Shown: positions 13,036-26,102 of the stretch, piece by piece
Layout of the letters: every line of letters starts with the position of its first letter
Position numbering within the stretch: position 1 is the first letter of the stretch
From: Malacoraja senta
Taxonomy: Eukaryota
Assembly (NCBI GenBank): GCA_038087875.1
Contig: CM075987.1
Location: 25,422,001-25,486,000, forward strand
Direction: 5' to 3'
Length of the DNA: 64,000 nucleotides
Position numbers and translations under genes: made by a program
Notes under the pieces: generated by a model
What the model was told of the DNA's origin: nothing
Seen by the model: only the letters and a program-made list of their open reading frames with translations
Databases searched by the model: none

Positions 13036-13302
13036 CACCCGCTCACACTAGTTCTACACTACACACTGGGAACAATTTTTACAGCAGCCAATTAACCTAG
13101 AATCCTGCATGTTGTTGGAATGTGGGAGGAAACCGGAGCACCCGCAGAAAACCCATGCAAGTTTAAAAATATTCCTCTTGATTGTAACTGATTTCATTTT
13201 TAGCAGAGTTCCTCGATGCCTAGGAGTCAGGTACTACCTTGATGTCACTAACTATAACTCTCATTTGAGTTTATACAGTTCAGTTATTTTTTTCTGTTCT
13301 CA

Positions 13303-13540
13303 AGTCTGAAGAAGGTTCCCGACCCGAAACGTCACCCATTCCTTCCCTCCAGAGATGCTGCCTGTTCCGCTGAGTTACTCCAGCATTTTGTGTCTCTCTT
13401 CGGGGTAAACCAGCATCTGCAGTTCCTTCCTATACAGTCTGAAGAAGGGTTTCGGCCCGAAACGTTGCCTATTTCCTTCGCTCCATAGATGCTGCTGCAC
13501 CCGCTGAGTTTCTCCAGCATTTTTGTGTTCCTTCCTATAC
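13303..13540 (+). mobile_element. Tandem pair of hammerhead-bearing Penelope-derived repeats (two subfamilies)
   Basis: Cores at 13306 and 13439, 133 bp apart. Confidence 0.75.
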
Positions 13541-13572
13541 ATACTCAGTTCTTTTCTAGTTTTTTTTTTAAA

Positions 13573-13882
13573 GTTTAGTTTAGTTTAGAGATACAGCGCG
13601 GAAACAGGCCCTTCGGCCCACCGAGTTCGCACCGACCAGCGAACCCTGCACACTAACACTATCCTACACACACTTGGGACAATTTTACACTTATACCAAT
13701 CCAATTAATCTACAAACGTGTACGTCTTTGGAATGTGGGAGGAAAACGAATATATCTGAGAAAACCGACACAGGTCACGGGGAGAAAGTACAAACTCCGT
13801 ACAGACAGTACCTGCGGTCAGGATCAAACCCGGGTCTCTGGTGCTGTAAGGGAGCGACTCTACCGCTGCGCCACCGTGCCAC
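13573..13882 (-). mobile_element. HE1-type V-SINE, full length
   Basis: Reverse complement of the consensus. Confidence 0.9.
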
Positions 13883-14839
13883 CCACTATTTGTCTGGACT
13901 AAACCTGCGATGAGGTCTAAGGCTGAGTAATCTCAGAAAAACTCAGACCGAGCAATGCTAAACAGGTTATTAGTGACTAAGTGCTTCTTCATAGCATTGT
14001 CAGCATTGCTTCCAGCAAATAGCTGTTGATGGAGAGTAAACTGATGGGGCGGTTAGTCTTCAGATTGAATCTGTGTTGCTTTTTGTTGACAGGACCTACT
14101 CGGGTAATTACCCTTGCTGCCGGGTACTGAATGGTGCACTAAAAGAGCTTACCAAAGGTTTTCCAGTACATTTCTGAAACTCAAGTCAGTGTTGGATCCA
14201 GGATAAAAAACAGAACGTGCCTAAAAAAAAACCAACAGGCTAGCTTACACAAAACGTTGGAGTAACTTAGTGGGACCTGCGTGGGTTTTCTCCGGGACCT
14301 CCGGTTTCCTCCCACACTCCAAACACGTACAGGTTTGGAGATTCATTGGCTCGGGTAAAGTTGTAAATTGTCCCTGGTGCGTGTAGGATAGTGCTAGTGT
14401 GCGGGGATCGCTGGTCGACGCAGACTCAGTGGGCCGGTACCTTCACTATGTTGGCCTCTATTCCCATTATGCTTTCCTGATATGTATGCTCTTGGGTTAA
14501 ATATATTATAAAGTTGCCCAATGTTCTTATAATTTCCAGAGTTTCATACATCAACTGGTCAATCATGCATCAGATTTCTCCCAAGTCTGTCATATTTTCA
14601 AACTAAATGCCTTGAGCATCACTCTTACTCTGATTGTAAATTATGATCTCTTTTGCCTTTCTCTCACTAAGGACTACTTCCTCCCATCACTTACCTGCCA
14701 CCTTGAAGTGCCTGTCTCAGGCAGAAATAATCTATTTGCAACCTTGACAGAAAGTTCATACTCAAGATGAATTTATGATCTCTATATTCTGGCTAGCACT
14801 AAGATCCATTGTTCTAACAGTGACCCTTCAGACTTTAGA

Positions 14840-15210
14840 GATAGAAACATAGAAACATAGAAAATAGGTGCAGGAGTAGGCCATTCGGCCCTTCGAGCCT
14901 GCACCCGCCATTCAATATGATCATGACTGATCATCCAACTCAGTATCCTGTACCTGCCTTCTCTCCATACCCCCTGATCCCTTTATCCACAAGGGCCACA
15001 GATGTGCCTCTTAAATATAGCCAATGAACTGGCCTCAACTACCTTCTGTGGCAGAGAATTCCACAGATTCACCACTCTCTGTGTAAAAAATGATTTTCTC
15101 ATCTCGGTCCTAAAAGATTTCCCCCTTATCCTTAAACTGTGACCCCTTGTTCTGGACTTCCCCAACATCGGGAACAATCTTCCTACATCTAGCCTGTCCA
15201 ACCCCTTAAG
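14840..15210 (-). mobile_element. CR1 3' fragment
   Basis: ORF 14983-15213; (ATAGAAAC)n tail. Confidence 0.9.
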
Positions 15211-15219
15211 CATGCATAT

Positions 15220-15485
15220 AGTCCCTTTGGCCGACTGAGTCGATGCCGACCCTTACACTAGCACTACCTTACACTCTAGGGACAGTTTACAATTCACAGA
15301 AGCCAAATCACCCACAAACCTGCACGTCTTTGGAGTGTGAGAGGAAACTGGAGCACCTGGAGAAAACCCACGCGGTCACGGTGAGAACGTACAAACCCCG
15401 TACAGACAGCACCCGTAGTCAGAATGGAACCCGGGTCTCTGTCGCTGTAAGGCAGCAACTCTACCGCTGCGCCTCTGTGCTGCCC
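15220..15485 (-). mobile_element. HE1-type V-SINE
   Basis: Reverse complement of head and V-domain. Confidence 0.85.
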
Positions 15486-15909
15486 ATTTTACCCTTTATG
15501 CTACTGTTTCCAAAACACCTCAATCATTCATTTACAAACACATGTAACTATTTATTTTAAGCAATTAAACTGACAAAGAGGAGAATATTATCCATTTACA
15601 AATCCTTGTGATAATTTAGCTTTAACACAATTGTGTTCTTTGAAATCCTTTAACTACAAAGTGTTTAATTAAAGAGAGATCCTGGTCTAACTGTGATATA
15701 CGGAGATCGTGGATTGGATGGATAGCACTGATCTAGAGAATGCTGCTGGTCAAATTAAGAGGGAGTTATTTCAAGTTTTGACAATCAAAATCATTAACGA
15801 CGACTGTTTAGCTTGTGGTTGACAAAAATGCTGGAGAAACTTAACGGGTGCGGCAGCATCTATGGAGCGAAGGAAATAGGCGACGTTTCGGGTCGAGACC
15901 CTTCTCTCC

Positions 15910-16500
15910 ATAGATTATTGTCACGTGTACGAGGAAACACTTTTTCTCACAGAGAGTGGTGCGTCTGTGGAATTCTCTGCCTCAGAGGGCGGTGGAGGCA
16001 GGTTCTCTGGATGCTTTCAAGAGAGAGCTAGATAGGGCTCTTAAAGATAGCGGAGTCAGGGGATATGGGGAGAAGGCAGGAACGGGGTACTGATTGGGGA
16101 TGATCAGCCATGATCACATTGAATGGTGGTGCTGGCTCGAAGGGCCAAATGGCCTACTCCTGCACCTATTGTCTATTGTCTATTGTCTACAATGAAAAGC
16201 TTTTTGTTGCGTGCTATCCAGTCGGTGGAAAGACAATACATGATTACAATCGAGCCATTTGCAGTTTATAGATCCATGATAAGGGAATAATGTTTAGTGC
16301 AAGGTAAAGCCAGTAAAGTCTGACCAAGGATAGTCCGAAGGTCATCAATGAGGTAGATAGTAGTTCAGCACTGCTCTCTGGTTGTGGTAGGATGATTCAG
16401 TTGCCTGATAACAGCTGGGAAGAAACTGTCCCTGAATCTGGAGGTGTGCATTTTCACACTTCCATACCTTTCGCCTGATGGGAAAGGGGAGAAGACGGAA
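15910..16500 (-). mobile_element. Rex1-like 3' end interrupted by a plus-strand CR1 tail (15930-16188)
   Basis: Minus-strand PSGERYGSVKMHTSRFRDSFFPAVIRQLN; the CR1 insert has a (CTATTGT)n tail. Confidence 0.7.
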
Positions 16501-16841
16501 GAACTATGAGGCAGATAGTTTTAAAAATTGGAACTTAGATTGATTGAAAGGTTATGTCATCAGAGCTGCATTTAATAGGTAACAATCTGGTATCTTCTGA
16601 ATGGCTCCCTTAATTTTCATAAAAATCATTTAGAAAGATGAATAATTCACTTTGATGCAGTAATTTAGATAATGGTTTCATTTTTTAATGATCCTGCAGA
16701 TCCAAAAAACAGATATTGAACCAAGCATATAGAATTAATCAATAATAAAAGCCATATTATTGACACTACTTTAAACTGTGCCATTGAGCTGATGATGTAG
16801 AATTGGGTAAGGTTCTGCAACAGGAACAGCGCTCCAATGAG

Positions 16842-17410
16842 CGGCACGGTGGCGCAGCGGTAGAGTTGCTGCCTAAAGGGCCTGTCCCACTTGGCGATTT
16901 TTCCGGCGAATGCCAGCATCATTGACTGACGTATCAGGTCACCTGAAAAATTTGCAGCACGACGCGCGTGACGCGGCGTGATGGCGTATTGACGCGCGGT
17001 GTTTTTTTCAAGTGTCGCAACATTTTTTTTGTCGACGCTGGATTTTGAAAAATTCAAAATCTTTTGGTGACACTGATATGACGCCGGCAGTCGCCGAAAA
17101 AAAATCGCCAAGTGAGACAGGCCCTTAACAGTGCCAGAGACCCGGGTTCGATCCTGACCACGGGTGCTTGTCTGTACGGAGTTTGTACGTTCTCCCCGTG
17201 ACCTGCGTGAGTTTTTTCTGGGTGCTCCGGCTTCCTCCCACACTCCAAAGACGTACAGGTTTGTAGGTTAATTGGCTTCGGCAAAATTGTAAATTGTCCC
17301 TAATGTGTGTAGGATTGTGTGTTAGTGTGTGCGGATCGCTGGTCGGCGTGGACTCGTTGGGCCGAAGGGCCTGTTTGAACGCTGTATCTCTAAACTAAAC
17401 TAAACTAAAC
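16842..17410 (+). mobile_element. HE1-type V-SINE interrupted by a MITE
   Basis: Head 16842-16876; body resumes at 17126. Confidence 0.85.
16877..17125. mobile_element. PIF/Harbinger-type MITE
   Basis: TIRs AGGGCCTGTCCCACTTGGCGATTTTT / AAAAATCGCCAAGTGAGACAGGCCCT; 3-bp TAA TSD (16874-16876, 17126-17128). Confidence 0.85.
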
Positions 17411-18004
17411 TGGTCTCGACCCGTAACGTCACCTCCAGAGATGCTGCCTGTCCCACTGTGTTACTCCAGCATTTTGTGTCTATCTTAAACTAAACTATTT
17501 CCCCTTTCAAGGAAGGTGTAGTCTTCCCTCCACTGTTCTCAGTTAACAAAACAACAGTTGCAAGTTTGTCTCCCTCATCATGAAAGCTGATGAATCTGGA
17601 ATTAAATGCCAGTATTTGTCACGATGCGCATGAAACAATCTGAATACTACACAAAACAAAAGTCTGTTCACTTGGTATTTTCGCCGGAAAAGAGATATCT
17701 GCCAATCTGCCATTATTGTCGGCGTGGACTCGGTTTTCAAGAGAGAGTTAAATTTAGCTCTTAGGGCTAACAGAATCAAGGCATATGGGGAGAAAGCAGG
17801 AACGGGGCACTGATTTCAGATGATCAGCCATGATCATATTGAATGGTCATATTGAATGATCATATTTACAATCTTTACCAAAGCCAATTACCCTACAAAC
17901 CTGAGCTGGCTCCAAATGGCCTAATCCTGCACCTATTTTATATGTTTCTATGTTTCATTAGCTTGTTTGTCTCATTTATGACTCCAGCCCAGTCAATGTT
18001 GTTT

Positions 18005-18208
18005 ATACCGAAGATAGACACAAAATGTTGGAGAAACTCAGCGAATCAGGCGGCATCTCTGGAGAAAAAGGATGGGAGACGTTCAGACTGATGAAGGGTC
18101 GCGACCCGAAACATCACCCATCCTGTTTCTCCAGAGGTGCTGCCTGACCCGCTGAGTGACTCCAGCACTTTGCGTCCATCTTTGGCATAAAGCAACATCT
18201 GCGGTTCC
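18005..18208. mobile_element. Inverted pair of Penelope-derived hammerhead repeats
   Basis: Minus then plus copy; core CTGATGA at 18088. Confidence 0.7.
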
Positions 18209-19074
18209 GCATTGCCTGCCTCCTCAGTCCATGGGCAATTTGGGATGGATTAAGGGTTGTCAACATTGTATAAACAAATGAAAACAAAATCACATACACA
18301 GGTCACTGGAAACTCATTCAATGCTCGACTGTAACTTGAATTACAATAATGTTGAGTGAAACTCAACCAGTCTTCATGAGCAATTAGCTCAGTCCCATGT
18401 AAATCTAGCGTGACGGGCAGCATGAAATTTCCTTTGCAGAAGGCTATTGCACCCATAAAGTTTAATTCCACTAAAACCAGTGGAACAAAAGTCTACAAAC
18501 AGATCAGGAAGCACAGACACCAATAAATGCAGCATTTAACTCTGCCAATTGTGCATGAAATCTAAGGTTTAGTTTAATTTTAGTTGAGAGATACTGTATG
18601 GAAACATGTCCTTCGGCTCACCATGTCCGCGCCGACCAGCGATCCCCCTGCGCTAGCACTCGGGACAATTTGCAATCTTTACCAAAGCCAATTAACCTAC
18701 AAACCTGAGCTGGACACCAAATGCTGGAGTAACTCAGCGGGTCAGGCAGCATCTCTGGAGAAAAGGAAACGTTGACATTTCGTGCCGAGACTCTTCATCA
18801 GACTGAGAGTCCGGGGAGAGGGAATCCTAACCCCATTTCTAATCCACGTCCTCCTACAATATCCAGACCCTGAAAATCCTCATTCCACCACCATCACTCC
18901 ATGCATTGTTGTTGAGAATCTAAAAGTCTGAAGAAGGGTCTTGATGTGAAATGTTACCTATTCCTTTTCTCCAGAGATGCTGCCTGACCCGCTGAGTTAC
19001 TCCAACACGTTGTGTCTATTTTCGGCATAAAGCAGCATCTGCAGTTACTTCTTATACAACCTACAAACCTGTAT

Positions 19075-19507
<433 letters not shown>

Positions 19508-20602
19508 CCTGATGCCGATATTAGAAAATCAGTGCAGGTTCTAACTCTGCACCCATCGACAACAGAATTGGCTGCAATTATTCCACTGGAGAAAAAAGTT
19601 ACGATTCATACTTCATCAACTTGATGTATTCACAGCGAGATTTCCCAACTACAATCAACATTCATAATTAATGCTGTTTGACGGACAGAAATTATGACAA
19701 AGCCTTAACTTCCAGATTATTTTATTACATTGAAGTTGAGCAACAAATCTTCATTCATTTGAGTTACTGTTTAGTAGCACAACTTTGAATAATGCATGTT
19801 CTGTTATGCATTGCAAAGCATATTTATATTGTAAAATAAATTATTTTCATTTCACAATATTTCATTTTCATTTTCTATTTTTCTAAAGAAAATTTGCTAA
19901 TAAAGCTTGCAATATTCGAACAATTTTATTGTTGCAGGAGATGGCCAGTATAACATAAATTAATAATATTTTGCCAGGAGCTGTGTATAATATAATAATC
20001 TGACTGCCGCTCCAATCTTATTCCATTGTTCTTGAACTCAATGAAATCTGCAGAAATATTATCTGGGCATTTTTTAATACCAAATCTAATAAAAAGAATT
20101 GCGAAGCATAAAATCTAAATGTATGTTTGGAATTTCTTAAAGTAAATCTGGTACTGCAATGTCATTGAGTAGTCCTTTCATCCCAGTATGATGAAGAGCC
20201 TGTTTCCGCGCTGTAAGTCCAAAAAGCTTCAAATAATTCAACATTTTAATACAATGCAAATCATAACACTTAGTAACATGTAGAAATAATCAAATACAAT
20301 TTAATCAATGATAGACACAAGAGCTGGAGTACCTCAGCGGGTCAGACAGCATCTCTGGAGAGAAGGAATAGGTGATGTTTCCGGGCGAGAGCCTTCGTCT
20401 CGACTCGGAATGTTACCTATTCCTTTCTTCCATAGATGTTATCTGACACATCTTTTTGTGCCTATAGGTATCTTCGGTTTAAACCGGTCTCTGCAGTTCC
20501 TTCCTCTGCAGTTCCTTCCTATATTAAATTAAGCCAATTAAATAAAAATCTGTTTGACCAAAGCATTTCCCTTTGCGTAACAGCTAATGTTTAGTATACT
20601 GT

Positions 20603-20890
20603 AGTTTAGTTTAGAGATGCAGCGCTGAAACAGGCCCTTCGGCCCACCGAGTCCGCAATGACTGGCGATCCCCGCACACTAACACCATCCTACACACACT
20701 AAGGGCAAGTTACATTTAGACCAAGCCAATTAACCTACAAACTTGTACGTCTTTGGAGTGTGGGAAGAAACTGAAGATCTCGGAGAAAACCCAAGCAGGT
20801 CATGGGGAGAACGTACAAACTCCGTACAGACACCAACCTGAGACTCTGGCGCTAAAAGGCAGCAATTCTACCGCTGCGCCATCGTGCCGC
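20603..20890 (-). mobile_element. HE1-type V-SINE
   Basis: Reverse complement of the consensus. Confidence 0.88.
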
Positions 20891-20925
20891 GCAAATTACA
20901 AATTAAACATTTAATATGGTTTAAT

Positions 20926-21312
20926 AAGACAATAGACAATAGGTGCAGGAGTTGGGCCATTCGGCCCTTCGTGCCAGCACCGCCATTCAATGTGATCATG
21001 ACTGATCATCCACAATCAGTACCCCGTTCCCGCCTTCTCCCCATATCCCCCTGACTCCGCTATCTTTAAGAGCCCTCTCTCGCTCTCTCGTGAAAGTATC
21101 CAGAGCCCTATCTCGCTCTCTCTTGAATGCCTCCACCGTCCTCTGAGGCAGAGAATTCCACAGACTCGCAACTCTCTGTGTGAAAAAGTGTTCCCTCATC
21201 GCTGTTCTGAATGCCTTACCCCGTATTCTTAAACTCTGGCCCCTGGTTCTGGACTGCCCCAACATCGGGAACATATTTCCTGCCTCTAGCGTGTCCAAAC
21301 CCTTAATAATCT
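20926..21312 (-). mobile_element. CR1 3' fragment
   Basis: KIIKGLDTLEAGNMFP..FFTQRVASLWNSLP. Confidence 0.88.
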
Positions 21313-21696
21313 TATTAAATTTAATTAAATATAAGTACTTATATTTCACGTGTTATAAGTCACATATTAAATATTTTTTATCCAACCTGATATGATGGTG
21401 GAACACATGGTGAAGCAACATTCCTTCTGTGAGAACAAATCCTGCTCTACATTCCAAAGGGAAATTCATTCTTCTAGGTGACCTGAAGGCCAGAAAAGTC
21501 TTGACCCTCTGACATACCACTCATACAAACAACACTACTTCAGTATCTGTTATACCCACATATCAGGTTAGAAACCAAAAATATTATTCAATATGTGACT
21601 CCTCACTTGCATGCAAGTAGCATGGAGGACAAAGATCAGGTCAACCATGACTTCAACGAAGAGCAAAGTAGACCTGAAGATGCATGTGATGTTTAA

Positions 21697-22042
21697 AGTC
21701 ATAAGGAATAGTAGTAGAATTAGGCCATGAGGCCCATCAAGTCTACTCTGCCATTCAATCATGGCTAATCTATCTCTCCCTCCTAACCCCATTCTCCTGC
21801 CTTCCCCCCATAACTTCTGACACCCGTACTAATCAAGAATCTATCCATCTATCTCTGCCTTAAAAATATCCACTGACTTGACTTCCTCAGCCTTCTATGG
21901 CAAAGAATTCCACAGATTCACCACCTTCTGACAAAAGAAATTCCTCCTCATCTCTTTCCTAAAAGAACGTCCTTTAATTCTGAGGCTGTCACTTCTAGTC
22001 CTAGACTCTCCCACTGGTGGAAATATCCTCTCCACATCCACT
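21697..22042 (-). mobile_element. CR1 3' fragment
   Basis: DVERIFPPVGESRTRS..VNLWNSLP. Confidence 0.85.
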
Positions 22043-23817
22043 TCAGATGGAAGAAGGGTCTTGAAACGAAACGTCACCCACACCTTCTCTCCAGAGATGC
22101 TGCCTGTCCCGCTGAGTTACTCCAGTTTTTTGTGTCTATCTTCGGTTTAAACCAGCATCTGCAGTTCCTTCCATCACTGAAGATACCTGTGACTAAGTTG
22201 TTGTTTCTTCTATTCCTCCAGCAAATCTTGTGGTCTGTCTCTATCTCTTTCTTGTGTTGTTATTGATTGAATTATTTTCTCCTTGCCCCAACACCTTATT
22301 CCTGAAACAGAGTGCGGGCATCGCTGGTCGACACGGACTCGGTGGTCTGAAGGGCCTGTTTCTGAGGGTATGTGAGGGTGATGAATCTGCGGAGGCCAAG
22401 TCAATGGATATTTTTAAGGTGGAGATCGACAGATTCTTGATTAGTACGGGTGTCAGGGGCTATGGGGAGAAGGCAGGAGAATGGTGTTGAGAGGGAGAGA
22501 TGGATCAGCTATGTTTGAATGGTGGGATAGACTTGATGGGCCAAATGGCCTAATTCTGCACCTAACACTTATGGACATATCTTATTCCTGGACCAGTGTG
22601 TGGGGATCGCTGGTCGGCGCGGACTCGGTGGGCCAAAGGGCCTGTTTCCACACTGTATCTCCAACCTAAACTAAACTAAACCAAACTGAAACAAACTTAT
22701 CCCTTCACAGCGGAAACAGTCGAGATCCTGTCCTTGCAGTATCCTTTTCTTTCATGGTTTCGAAGCACATAACCTTCATTATTGCATCCTAAACTATTCA
22801 TTCCTTGTTATTGCCCAATTCAACCTTGGTGGCGTCCTGCACCTCAGGCCTTGAATTCCCATCAATGAATTTCAATAGAAATATAAATCAAATCTATAAT
22901 ATCTTGCATATGGGGGATGAGATTTACGATTTCTGTCATCTAACTCAACTGATCACACCCTTCCATGAGCATAAACACCTGATTTAGTGACTAGAAATAC
23001 CTTGACATTTGCTCCATAAATATATGTCAACGAATCCAAGTTTTATCTCTTTCGGAACAAGCAGATTAAATGTTATTGATTTACTGGCCTAAGAAATGAA
23101 GTTTATTTCAACAGTATTCAAACCCAACTGGCTATAATAAATTATTGTGAGGCAGAGTCAGATAGTTATTATGAATGTCTCCCTCGTTTCAAATGGATGT
23201 ATGGAATCTGAGCTGTATCTTTTAGTAGCTATTTCAAGAAGATTTTACAATGAATTTTATACCTGTAGGAAACTTGCGCATTAATCTGGTGTTATTCCTT
23301 TTGAGATTTTTTTATGTTGCCCCATCTTTTTGTGGGAACTATATTCATCACGAGATAGAAAGTGGGAGCTTCCATTTATATATATCACAGACAATATGAA
23401 CACTGAATCATGTCCATTTTGAATTGCCTGTCCCGAACTATAAATATATTATTTCAAACTTTGTTAGATTTGAATGTTTTTTTTAAATTTATTTTTTTTA
23501 ATTATTTTTATTAGAAGTACGGTAAATTACAATAATACACAACACTTATATCTCAATACATTTTTTGTACCGCTTCATTTTTTTGAGCTTTAAGAAAGAG
23601 ATAGAAGTAAGGAAAGTAAAGAAAGTGCGCAAGAGTCGTGAAGTGCAAGAGAGTGTTGGGAAAAGAAAGCCCCTTAGAAAAGAAGTTAGAGAAGGAAGTA
23701 AAGTAAGAAAGTAGACCCTAGAAAAGAAAGAAAAATAAAGTAGGAACAATCGCAGAAAGGGAACCACCAACCAAGTCTGTTTTTATTGTTTAACCTCGAA
23801 TCTTCCTTAAAACCTTC

Positions 23818-24172
23818 GGGCGGCACGGTGGTGTAGCGGTAGGAGCTACCGTTTACAGTGTCAGAGACCTGGGTTCGATCCCAACAAGGGGTGCTGCATG
23901 TACGGATGCTGTACTAGAGGTGCTGTATGTATGTTGAACGTAAAACTCCGTACATGCAGCACCCCTAGTTGGGATCGAACCCAGGTCTCTGACGCTTGCT
24001 TGGGTTTTATCTGAGATCTTCAGTTTCCTCCCGCACTCCAAAGATGTACTGGTTTGTAGGCTAACTGGCTTGGTGTAAATGTAAAATTGTCCCTAGTGTG
24101 TGTAGGGTAGTGTTAATGTGCAGGGGATCGCTGGTAGCCGAGGCATGTTTCCACATTTGAAACTCTAAACTA
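23818..24172 (+). mobile_element. HE1-type V-SINE with an internal inverted duplication
   Basis: Head, V-domain and tail; 47-bp arms at 23860-23906 and 23947-23993. Confidence 0.85.
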
Positions 24173-25654
24173 GACCGAAAAATATTATATTTCATGCTCA
24201 GAAGTGAGAGGATAGAAATAGGCCATTCGGCTCATCAGGTCTACTCTGCCATTCAATCATGGCTGATCTATCTCTCCCTCCTAACCCCATTCTCCTGCCT
24301 TCTCCCCATAACCACTGGCTCCCACACTAATCAAGAATGTATCTATCTATGCCTTAAAAATATCCACTCACTTGGCCTTCACAGCCATTAAAATACACAA
24401 AGCCAATTTACCTGCATACCTGGAGTGTGGGAGGAAACCGAAGATCTCGGAGAAAACCCACATGGTCACGGGGAGAACGTACAAACTCCGTACAGTCAGC
24501 ACCTGTAGTCGGGATCGAACCCGGGTCTCCAGCGCTGCATTTGCTGTAAGGCAGCAACTCTACCTATGTGCCACCGTGCCGCCCATATATATGATGATAT
24601 GCTATGATGAATATACATGAAATAGAAGTGTGAAAACGCACAACTCCAGTTTCAGGGACAGTTTAATCTCAGCTATTATCAGACAACTGAACCATCCTAA
24701 CACCATCACCTATCCCATCACCTTCTTGGAAATCCTCGGTCTATCTTTGATTGGACTTTACTGGACTATATCTTGAACTAAACATTATTCATGTTATTGC
24801 TTTAATCATGTATCTCTGTACACTGTGGATGGCTCAATTGAAATCACGCATTACCTTTCCGCTAACTGGTTAGCACGCAACAAAACGTTTTGACAACATG
24901 TGACAATAAACTAAACTAAACTACGCTACTGTGAATCACATTGAAATTATTCTACCTTTTGGCTAATGTTAAGAAAGGGCTCCAGGTCTGTTTATCCTCT
25001 GGCCATCCAAGACCAGTAATGAGATGAGCCACAGCAAAACCAAGGAGAACTAATGAGGTGAATGGATCCATCCTGATAATTTATCAGTGGGTACGACCTT
25101 ATGGTTTAATGATGCACGAGTTAATTTACCTGACAACGCTGCATATATATTCTGCTGAGAGCAGATTGAGGTCAATTGGAGAGTAGATATTCAGTACCAG
25201 AGACTTCTAAATGTTTGCTGGTCAAATTTAACTATCCTGGCAGAAATCCTGAAGTATATTGATACATCAGAGCAGCCTATTGATGGATGTGGCTTCGAAA
25301 ATACCGTGAAGAAGGGCTTCCATCCTTCTGTGTAGGATAGAACTGCTGACAATAGACAATTGTCAATAGACAATAGGTGCAGTTGATGCTGGTTTAAACC
25401 GAAGATAGACACAAAAAGTTGGAGGAACTCAGCGGGACAGGCAGCATCTCTGGAGAGAAGGAATGGGTGACGTTTCGGGTTGAGACCCTTCTTCAGAATT
25501 GGTGACCTTTCGGGTCAGACTAGTCTGACGAAGGGTCTCGACCAGAAACGTCATCCATTCCTTCTCTCCAGAGATGCTGCCTGTCCCGCTGAGTTACTCC
25601 AGCGTTTTGTGTCTATCTTCCATCGTTCCGCTGAGGTTAGGCAGAGGTATCGTT

Positions 25655-26102
25655 GTTTAGTTTAGTTTAGTTTAGAGATACAGCGTGGAAACAGGCCCTT
25701 CGGCCCACCGAGTCCGCGCCGACCAACGATCCCCACACACTAACACTATCCTACTTTAAGGACAATTTTACACTTACACCAAGCCTTCTTCTTCTTTCGT
25801 GTGGCGTGCACAGCCTAAAGTTGTTGGACAACTTGTTCTATTTGATCTTCCGTTTGTGCACGTCGAGTTGATTGCATTAGTCGAAACAGGGAAGGTTGCA
25901 ATCTCCCACCCCTGCACCAAGCCAATTAACCTACAAACCTTTATGTCTTTGGAGTGTGGGAGGAAACTGAAGATCTCGGAGAAAACCCACGGAAGCCACA
26001 GGGAGAAGGTACAAACTCTGTACAGACAGCACCCGTAGTCAGGATCGAACCGGGGTCCCTGGCGCTGCAAGGCAGCAACTCTACCGCTGAGCCACCATGC
26101 CG
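25655..26102 (-). mobile_element. HE1-type V-SINE interrupted by a ribozyme-headed SINE
   Basis: Consensus resumes after the CACCAAGCC duplication. Confidence 0.88.
25786..25914 (-). mobile_element. HDV-like-ribozyme-headed short retroelement, copy with 11-nt internal deletion
   Basis: Near-identical to 31612-31749; 9-bp TSD CACCAAGCC (25777-25785, 25915-25923); (GAA)n tail. Confidence 0.85.
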
